Shown: positions 1-7,041 of the stretch, piece after piece
Layout: every line of letters begins with the position of its first letter
Position numbering within the stretch: the stretch's first letter is position 1
Assembly: GCA_015523565.1 (NCBI GenBank)
Contig: WAKA01000185.1
Coordinates: 1-28,783 of the forward strand
Direction: 5' to 3'
Length of the DNA: 28,783 bases
DNA from: Candidatus Heimdallarchaeota archaeon
Lineage (GTDB): Archaea; Asgardarchaeota; Heimdallarchaeia; Heimdallarchaeales; Kariarchaeaceae
Translations under genes and position numbers: made by a program
The notes under the pieces: generated by a model
What the model saw: the letters and a program-made list of their open reading frames with translations, nothing else
Told to the model about the DNA's origin: nothing
Databases searched by the model: none

Positions 1-1371
1 CATGGTATGACAATCAAGAATGTAAATATCCTGTATAACAAAGGAGGAAGCATATTACGGCAAATGATGGTCTACCTTGGTGAAAAAGAGTTTCAAAAGG
101 GGTTAAGGCATTATCTGGAAAAATACAAATTTGGTGTTGCAACTTCAGGGGACCTTTGGCAGAGCATCCAAGAGAAAACAGGCAAGCCAGTTGTTGAGCT
201 TATGGAAAGTTGGGTATTGCAGGAAGGATATCCAGTAGTTTCAGTCAAAAGAGAAGGTGAGGAAATTGTGGTCAAACAAAGGCGATTCACATTCCTCCCG
301 AATGATTCAAAGCAGACATGGCTGATTCCCCTTTCAGTTACAGTAATTAATGGAAAAAAGGCAGAACATAAGAAATTTACATTTGATAAGAAAGAAGATA
401 GATTTACCATTGGGTCGTGTGATGCATTCAAAGTTAACACAGACGCGACAGGATTTTATAGGGTCAGGTATGAAGCAGAAGAACTCAAAAAATTGTCAGG
501 GTTGGTAAAAGACAAGACACTTAATGCATCAGACCGTTGGTCCATTGAAAATGACTTATTTGCATTTTTGAAGAGCGGGGAGATAGAATTAAATAGTTAT
601 CTTGAATTTTTGCCCAGCTATGAGAATGAAGACAATGCTGTTCCCTTAAGAAACATAGCAAGCCATCTTTCTTTCCTCCATGAGCTTTATGATGACAAGA
701 GAAAAGGGGATGTGGCAAGACAAGGGATAAGCCTATTGGAGAGCATTTTAGGGAACATTGGATATGAACCAAGAGAAGATGAAGACCCAGCCATATCAAT
801 GGCAAGACCAGACATCATTTGGACAGCAGTGCAATTGGGGTCAGAAAAAGCAGGAAGCAGAGCAATGGAATGGTTCGAAATGTTGAAGGCAGGCAAAGAC
901 ATAAGCCCAGATCTTCGGGCGGTGGTGTTAAGAATTGGGGCAATGAAAACCAATGATTGGGAATGGTTTATTGGGAAGTTCAATAGTGCACAGAATGAAC
1001 AAGAGTTAGTTGATTATGGAAATGCCATTACACGTTTTACAGATGACAAGTTGATTGATAAAGTTGAAGAGTTCATTTTTGAATCCATTCCGTACCGAAA
1101 CCGAGGAGGGGCCATTGCAATGTTTTGCGCAAACCCCAATGCAAAAGACAGGATTTGGAAGTGGTATCTTTCAAATTTGGATAATTTTGAAAAACTTCAC
1201 CCATTTATGTACCAAATAGCTTTGGTCAGCGTGATCTCAAATTCAGAACAAGTTGAAAATGACATGAGGGACTTTTTTGAGGGATATGTAAAAAAGAATC
1301 CTATGGTTGCGGATGCAGTGGAAGTTGGATTTGAAACACTCCAAATCTCAAAACAAATAAAGAGCCGTTAA
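1..1371 (+). CDS. M1-family aminopeptidase (tricorn-interacting factor / puromycin-sensitive type), C-terminal part; 5' end lies outside the window
   Basis: YNKGGSILRQM matches the catalytic-Tyr 'YxKG' motif of M1 peptidases. It is followed by W..QEGYPVV, KVNTDATGFYRVRY and a helical ERAP1_C-like domain. The frame is open from base 1; HEXXH is not in the window. Confidence 0.93.
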   Translation, partial: HGMTIKNVNILYNKGGSILRQMMVYLGEKEFQKGLRHYLEKYKFGVATSGDLWQSIQEKTGKPVVELMESWVLQEGYPVVSVKREGEEIVVKQRRFTFLPNDSKQTWLIPLSVTVINGKKAEHKKFTFDKKEDRFTIGSCDAFKVNTDATGFYRVRYEAEELKKLSGLVKDKTLNASDRWSIENDLFAFLKSGEIELNSYLEFLPSYENEDNAVPLRNIASHLSFLHELYDDKRKGDVARQGISLLESILGNIGYEPREDEDPAISMARPDIIWTAVQLGSEKAGSRAMEWFEMLKAGKDISPDLRAVVLRIGAMKTNDWEWFIGKFNSAQNEQELVDYGNAITRFTDDKLIDKVEEFIFESIPYRNRGGAIAMFCANPNAKDRIWKWYLSNLDNFEKLHPFMYQIALVSVISNSEQVENDMRDFFEGYVKKNPMVADAVEVGFETLQISKQIKSR

Positions 1372-1808
1372 GCCAATTCATTTTCCAGCTTGAAAAGCCA
1401 ATCAAAAAACGCATCATAAACAGATTTTGAAATGTCAAAATTGGATGGACCTAAGGAAACAATCCACTCTTCAATTTCCTGCCGATAGGATTTCAGGATT
1501 TCTTTGATTTTTTCACGATTCTTCCCTGCTTTTTTTAGTTTCAGGTGATTATTTTGGATAATATGCTGGAGGGTGACAAGCAAGTCTGGAGGTAACGAAT
1601 TGACAGTATCAGATTGCCTCAGAGTTTCCCAAAGGTCTTGATTTAAGAGAGACATAGCTGCAGAGCTAATTTTTTTGGATTTTGGAGGCGATACATCGGA
1701 AGATCCATCCTTGTTTATGAAATAAGATGCAAGGAGATAAGTTGCGATAAATGCGACAATGGAAGATACAACTACCACCAAAATAATTGGTGAAAAATCA
1801 ATTGCCAT
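1368..1808 (-). CDS. Hypothetical protein with a single N-terminal TM helix and a helical soluble domain
   Basis: 146-aa ORF with ATG start and hydrophobic residues 7-31; its stop overlaps the convergent aminopeptidase stop by 4 nt. Confidence 0.7.
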   Translation of the reverse strand: MAIDFSPIILVVVVSSIVAFIATYLLASYFINKDGSSDVSPPKSKKISSAAMSLLNQDLWETLRQSDTVNSLPPDLLVTLQHIIQNNHLKLKKAGKNREKIKEILKSYRQEIEEWIVSLGPSNFDISKSVYDAFFDWLFKLENELA

Positions 1809-1851
1809 TATTTATATATTAGGGGGTCAATTATTAATTTTTTTTGAGTGG

Positions 1852-2991
1852 TCAGGTGACCAATCCGAAGATACGTTCAACCTCTTCATTCATGATTTGA
1901 TAGGAACCAGGAGAAATTTCATAAGAGTCAAGAGATGTTCCAAACTGACCAAGGAACGAGTCCCTGAAATGTTTAAGAGCCCGATTGATAAATGTAGATT
2001 TTTTCTGGGCAATCACTATGAAAATCAGCTCATTATGGACAGAAAAGACAATTTCCAAACCCCTAAACTTGATAGTCTCCAAAGTGCCAGAGGTTTTCAG
2101 GATTTCATGGGCGAGACCCCTGATGGCAACGATCAGACCGCTTAAGATCAAGTCATTGGTTGATGAGGAATCATATACATTGAAAACATAATCATAGATT
2201 GGCAGTCCAGTCTCATGTATGACCATAAGCCTTTCCAGTCTGCTTGATTGGAGAAACAACAGGCTATTGTCGAGAACATAGGAAAGAAGGATTAAGGCAA
2301 TTCCAAAAGACATGAAGAAATATCCAGCAAACTCAGCAATCCAAAGACCAATTTTTGGCAGTCCAAGAAAAGAAAGAAAATCGCCAAAAAATGAAGCGAC
2401 AGGACCTAGAATAAATGCGATGGCAACGCCGCTACCCATTATCTTCATTTGTTGTCGATGTTTAAAATTACGAGTTGCTTGAATGGAGGAGGAAATGTTT
2501 TTAAGTGTCCAATATGAAAATAGAACGATAGCAGGCACCGTAAAAAAGTATGAAAGAGGAGTCCAGAGGAATATCAGCACACCTTCCTTTTTCACAGTTG
2601 TAAACATGACAGAAAAATCATTGAGAATCAATGAGACCATGAAAGCAGTAGAAATCCCAGTAATTGAGACAATTCCATGTGCTACACGATAAAGCCTCAT
2701 TTCTCCATCAAAAGCCTCGAAAAAGATAATGAGGAGACCAACGTTAGAGGCAAGTAAGACAATGACAAGACCACCAAGAATGTCAACCCATTGGATCTTG
2801 GATTCTAGAAAATTAGGCAATATCAAGGCAAGATTTGCAAGTACATAATTAAGGATAATAATTGTCATCAGATGAAGAAATAAAATTTTTGTTTGGCGTT
2901 CCTTTTTGATATTGACAACTACCAATGCAAGACCAACAAGAATGCTGGATAAATGGGAAAAGTAATATGCAATTGCAAATGCCGATGCCAC
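1852..2991 (-). CDS. Multi-pass (about 7 TM) membrane protein with a C-terminal longin/roadblock-like domain
   Basis: About 7 hydrophobic segments in the first 240 aa. The C-terminus shows a longin-like beta-beta-alpha-beta-beta-beta-alpha pattern: LMVIHETGLPIYDYVF / LILSGLIVAIRGLAHEI / LETIKFRGLEIVF / LIFIVIA / INRALKHFRDSF. GTG start. Confidence 0.8.
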   Translation of the reverse strand: MASAFAIAYYFSHLSSILVGLALVVVNIKKERQTKILFLHLMTIIILNYVLANLALILPNFLESKIQWVDILGGLVIVLLASNVGLLIIFFEAFDGEMRLYRVAHGIVSITGISTAFMVSLILNDFSVMFTTVKKEGVLIFLWTPLSYFFTVPAIVLFSYWTLKNISSSIQATRNFKHRQQMKIMGSGVAIAFILGPVASFFGDFLSFLGLPKIGLWIAEFAGYFFMSFGIALILLSYVLDNSLLFLQSSRLERLMVIHETGLPIYDYVFNVYDSSSTNDLILSGLIVAIRGLAHEILKTSGTLETIKFRGLEIVFSVHNELIFIVIAQKKSTFINRALKHFRDSFLGQFGTSLDSYEISPGSYQIMNEEVERIFGLVT

Positions 2992-3072
2992 TACTGTTGT
3001 TTTGAAAGGGGATTTATTAGGTTAACTGTTAAGAGAAAAATGAATAGATGGAAGGAAAACAGAAATCAGAGG

Positions 3073-3486
3073 TTATTGGACAGGAATCAAGTATTTTTCC
3101 AATGAGCCACGGATTGCTTCAGAAAGAGGAATTGGAACACTTTTCTTTCTGTCAATAAGGACTTGAGTGGTCATTCCAGTGGCAAACGTTGTTTCTTTTT
3201 CTGCATTGCGAAGCCTGTAATTGAAATCCCAAGACTTATTCCCAATTCGCCCAACACCAAGTTCACCAATAACGTGGTCACCAAATAAAATTGGAGAAAG
3301 GAAGTCAATTTCAAGATGGGCAATGACAAATCCAATTATTCCATCGTCATTCAATGCGTCAACCCATTTTTCATGCCTAAGCCATTCAGTCCGGATCATT
3401 TCAAAATAAGTCGCATAGATTGCATTATTTACATGACCGTATGAATCAAGATCTGCAAATCTAGGGGAAAATGTAATGGAGAACAT
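3073..3486 (-). CDS. Hotdog-fold acyl-CoA thioesterase (4HBT/YbgC/FadM family)
   Basis: RFADLDSYGHVNNAIYATYFE motif with the catalytic Asp. Confidence 0.92.
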   Translation of the reverse strand: MFSITFSPRFADLDSYGHVNNAIYATYFEMIRTEWLRHEKWVDALNDDGIIGFVIAHLEIDFLSPILFGDHVIGELGVGRIGNKSWDFNYRLRNAEKETTFATGMTTQVLIDRKKSVPIPLSEAIRGSLEKYLIPVQ

Positions 3487-3495
3487 GGCATTCCC

Positions 3496-4614
3496 TCAAT
3501 TCGGGTTCAATTGTGTTCCGCAAAATCGGCAATATCTTGCATTAGTTTCGTTCTCATTTCCACATGCGGGACATAGGATTTTATTCCCAACAGTTGTTTT
3601 GACAGGTGGGATTGAAGCGACTACAGAACCACACCTCCTACATTGCGTATCTGTAGGAAGAAGTGGTGCATTGCAGACTGCACATTTTCCAGTTTGGATG
3701 TTGGATACAGGTGGAACAAATGAAGGATTTGGGATTCCACAAAATGGACAGTATTGGTTATTGGTTCCATATACGTTATTGCAGTTGGAGCAGGTAATGT
3801 ATGCAGGTGGTTGAGTTGGGGGAGGTGAAAACTGTTGTGGCACGGAAGAGGAAGGAAAACTTTGTGGTGGCGGAGGATTATTTTTGAATTGATAGTAGCC
3901 ACTTTCATATGCAATACGATCCAAGTCAGTCACAAATTTCAATTCAGTTCTGAGAATTTTAATTCCATAAACCATTACAAGAAGGAGAGCAATAAATCCA
4001 ACAATAAAAACGGCGGTAAGAGATGCAGAGAAATTCCAAAGCATGTGCAATCCAATGCTTTTCTTTATTTTCTCATATTTGCTTCGATAAAGACCAACCT
4101 TGTAACCACCGATACCAATACCAGCAATTCCAGTGTAAAGGGGATGACCGACAATTTGTGTCAGCCCCCTAATAAATGTCAAGCCCAAAGCGAAAGAAAG
4201 GCTACCTTCTGAGAAAGCATTAAGACCATAGAAGATGTTTTCAGCCATTGCAAATCCAGATCCAACCATTGCACCATAGATCAACCCGTCAAGAGGACCA
4301 TCAAAATCCCGATGTTTTGCAAGATATGCAACCATGATTGCTTTTGAGAATTCTTCGACGGGAGGTGCAATGAAAACAGCGACCATGAAATCACTGGCGA
4401 GAATCCCAGCAGTAAGAAGACCACCGATTGCACTTACAATGATTTCGATTATCAATGCGGGGATTACTGAAAAGACGCCTAACAAAAATGCAAAGAGTAT
4501 CCGAGAAAGCGGTTCAGGTTCATACTTGTCTTTCCGATAGTAGAAAACAATGGTTAAAAGCGTAAATAAGGCAGACATTGCAAATATTAGCAGAATTTCA
4601 TCATTCACAATCAC
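3496..4614 (-). CDS. PrsW-family intramembrane metalloprotease with C-terminal zinc ribbons
   Basis: DKYEPEP, APPVEEFSK, GFAMAEN, GHPLYT and HMLWN motifs. A P/Q-rich linker is followed by three CxxC...CxxC pairs. Confidence 0.9.
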   Translation of the reverse strand: MIVNDEILLIFAMSALFTLLTIVFYYRKDKYEPEPLSRILFAFLLGVFSVIPALIIEIIVSAIGGLLTAGILASDFMVAVFIAPPVEEFSKAIMVAYLAKHRDFDGPLDGLIYGAMVGSGFAMAENIFYGLNAFSEGSLSFALGLTFIRGLTQIVGHPLYTGIAGIGIGGYKVGLYRSKYEKIKKSIGLHMLWNFSASLTAVFIVGFIALLLVMVYGIKILRTELKFVTDLDRIAYESGYYQFKNNPPPPQSFPSSSVPQQFSPPPTQPPAYITCSNCNNVYGTNNQYCPFCGIPNPSFVPPVSNIQTGKCAVCNAPLLPTDTQCRRCGSVVASIPPVKTTVGNKILCPACGNENETNARYCRFCGTQLNPN

Positions 4615-4656
4615 AAGTATTTTCCCATATTTTTTAACTCATTCCTAAAGGAGCTT

Positions 4657-5004
4657 TCACAAGGCAACATATTCTTCAGGAATTAATCCTTTTTCGTATA
4701 GGAATTTTGCTTGGTTTGCAGAATATCTGTGTTCAAGAACACCTTTTTCCTCAGGATGCAATCCAAATTCAGGAATTACAAGAACCACATCACCTGTTCG
4801 AGACCACATTCTTTTTCTGTATTTTCCAGGAATGCGAACCTTCCTGACATGACCGTCCACACACCTCACCAACAACAAGTTTCCACCTAAAAGCTGGATA
4901 ATTTGTCCAAGAACCTCGCCTTTCTCTTTGTCAGGAAGGCGAACACGGATCACCTGACCATCTTCGCCCTGTTTAGTTTTTTGTTTTTTCTTCTTTTTTG
5001 CCAT
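4657..5004 (-). CDS. eif1a: Translation initiation factor aIF-1A (eIF-1A family)
   Basis: RVRLPD..GEVLG...LLGGN...VRCVDG..R..RIPGK.RKRMW...GDVVLV; basic N-terminal tail. Confidence 0.95.
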   Translation of the reverse strand: MAKKKKKQKTKQGEDGQVIRVRLPDKEKGEVLGQIIQLLGGNLLLVRCVDGHVRKVRIPGKYRKRMWSRTGDVVLVIPEFGLHPEEKGVLEHRYSANQAKFLYEKGLIPEEYVAL

Positions 5005-5010
5005 AGACCA

Positions 5011-5019
5011 ATCACTTCC
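5011..5019 (-). promoter_or_regulatory. Shine-Dalgarno-like site (GGAAGTGAT) upstream of aIF-1A
   Basis: One mismatch to the archaeal GGAGGTGAT consensus, 6 nt before the ATG. Confidence 0.5.
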
Positions 5020-5271
5020 AAATTAAAAGGATATTAATTGAAAATAAGCATTGCTGTTGAGTGCCAATTATCCCGATTTCAAACAATGTTAAGAAAAATA
5101 GGAATAAAAGCCAAAAAGACAACAAGAATGCATTTTTCAAACAAAAACCACAAAATAGGTGAAGATAGAGGGCAATCGATAGATTTACACTACAAACATT
5201 GATGGAAAAAGAAAATAAGGGATTACGTTATTGATAACTTAGTTGGACGAACATTGGAAGGTTAGTGCGAA

Positions 5272-5733
5272 ATGGTGCAAGCAAAACGAATGAAAAGATG
5301 GATTTTCGGAATGACAATGCTTTTGGTTTTGTTCCAAGGCAATATGTTGGTCTCTGCCAACTTTAGTGCGGATACAACAGTATTAGATGGATTTTACACA
5401 GACAGTGACTATGATGGATTTGCAGATGATGTTGTTGCATATGTAAGTGTAGATGTCTTATGGGGTTATTATGGGATGAGTATGGATGTGTATGTCGGGT
5501 TAACACTTCCAAGTGGAAATGAAATATGGTATGTGATAACTTTAACAGTTTATACCGACTATTTCATACTAAAATTGCAATTTTTGGATTCAGCGACGGA
5601 AAGTGGTTGGTATTCCGTTCATGCGGCAGCGTTTGCACCTCAAGACACATATGCCACAATGCACAGCTATACATTTGATCCACCAGGGGGAAGTCCAAAC
5701 AATCCTCCAAGTTTATTAGTTACAGTGATTTAA
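5272..5733 (+). CDS. Secreted beta-rich hypothetical protein with a DxDxDG motif
   Basis: Basic N-region plus hydrophobic core (signal peptide); DSDYDG motif; alternating beta-strand pattern; C-terminal DPPGGSP. Confidence 0.75.
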   Translation: MVQAKRMKRWIFGMTMLLVLFQGNMLVSANFSADTTVLDGFYTDSDYDGFADDVVAYVSVDVLWGYYGMSMDVYVGLTLPSGNEIWYVITLTVYTDYFILKLQFLDSATESGWYSVHAAAFAPQDTYATMHSYTFDPPGGSPNNPPSLLVTVI

Positions 5734-6948
5734 TCAAGTTGGTATTTGTTTTTGAATGCGGATTGAGAGATCAACGGGAAATAAACTACTGTTTTGTAAT
5801 GCCTGCAATGGTTCGGTTGCAATCCATTCAAGGGATGATTTCCATTGCCTGCCTTGGGGGTCGTAATTTCTGTGCCAAAGGTAGTATCTCATTGGATTTG
5901 GTCCAAGAACCATAACACGGATCTTACTGAACTTTTCAAAGAAGATTCGGTTGATTTCAGCGAAATCCTTTGGGGGAAGTTGAAGCCACAAGAATATTGA
6001 GTGATCCCCTTGATAGATGGAATTGGGGAAGGGAATGGCACCGATTTCCACAGCCTTCAACAATTGGCTTACTTCAAGGGTTTCATATTCAATAATGTAT
6101 AATGCCTGAATAAATAAGCCAAAATGTTCAGAATTAATGAAGAGTTCACTTCCCCGATAGATGCCCTCCTCTTTCAGTAATTTTAGATGGCGGGAGATCG
6201 TCTGTTGAGATCGATCAATCAATTTTCGTTCATCAGAATATTCAGCACCATATTTATTTAACATATCATCCAAAATTTCTTTTTGTGAACGTAATGTATT
6301 TCGAGTCAATTCACGTATGAGGATAATGTCATACATGTTAAGTTTGTGCAATACAGTGGAAGACAGTTCCTTTAAAGGAGTCTTGATGACAGGTTGATCA
6401 AAAACACCTCTAAGACGTTCAGGGTCAAAATTCCATCTTTTTGTTTCCAAGTTCCAATAAGAGATATTGCCTCTGCTGGAGTCAAGTTTTTGCACTTCAG
6501 GAAACACTTCATAAGATGAGATTATACGGTACTCATCCTTGAGCACATCAAATGCATGAATAAGATACCGCAAACTGTCCAAGTCAGAGGGGAGAACAAA
6601 CATTGCAAACATGCCATTGATATCTCCAAAAACCATATTGCGGTATATTGTATATGGATGGGCGTCAAAAAACAATTCCAATAATTTGATGTTTTCTTCC
6701 TTATTTTGTTCATTGGGGATTAACAGAAAAAAGTGCATTTCCAGGCCGATTTTTCTCAAATCGATATTTGCTTGGGCATAAGACACAATTTTTTCTTCCT
6801 TCAATTGACGAATATGGCGGGAAACAGTAGCGATAGAATAACTTTCGTCAGTTAGTTTCCTCATCTCTTCCAAAATTTCCTCTGTTGTTCGATCAGGGTT
6901 TTCGTACATTGCGATTAAAATCAACCAATCAACTGTTTTCAATTTCAT
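5734..6948 (-). CDS. Tandem-duplicated Lrp/AsnC-like winged-helix transcriptional regulator
   Basis: Two HTHs (SIATVSRHIRQLKEEKIV and SQQTISRHLKLLKEEGIY), each followed by an 'ID..K.GL'-type linker and an alpha/beta domain. ATG at 6948 (MKLKTVDWLIL) is preferred over the track start at 7008. Confidence 0.8.
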   Translation of the reverse strand: MKLKTVDWLILIAMYENPDRTTEEILEEMRKLTDESYSIATVSRHIRQLKEEKIVSYAQANIDLRKIGLEMHFFLLIPNEQNKEENIKLLELFFDAHPYTIYRNMVFGDINGMFAMFVLPSDLDSLRYLIHAFDVLKDEYRIISSYEVFPEVQKLDSSRGNISYWNLETKRWNFDPERLRGVFDQPVIKTPLKELSSTVLHKLNMYDIILIRELTRNTLRSQKEILDDMLNKYGAEYSDERKLIDRSQQTISRHLKLLKEEGIYRGSELFINSEHFGLFIQALYIIEYETLEVSQLLKAVEIGAIPFPNSIYQGDHSIFLWLQLPPKDFAEINRIFFEKFSKIRVMVLGPNPMRYYLWHRNYDPQGRQWKSSLEWIATEPLQALQNSSLFPVDLSIRIQKQIPT

Positions 6949-7041
6949 AATTATTGCAACCCATTGATTTTCGACTTTTTTAAATTTTTTCAAAAGTATA
7001 AACACCAATGGATAATTATTCCAAACAAAATTACAAAGAAA

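Noticed and set aside
1759-2145. 128-aa plus-strand ORF and other short overlapping ORFs in the track
   Set aside because: They lie antisense to or out of frame within better-supported genes and show no motifs.
5086-5202. 38-codon basic ORF (MLRKIGIKAKK...) in the largest intergenic gap
   Set aside because: No recognisable motif or ribosome-binding site; the Lys-rich composition is explained by the A-rich sequence.
6949-7041. Weak inverted repeat (CCATTG...CAATGG) and T-runs upstream of the Lrp-like gene
   Set aside because: Pairing is poor and the region is AT-rich; there is no support for an ncRNA or operator.
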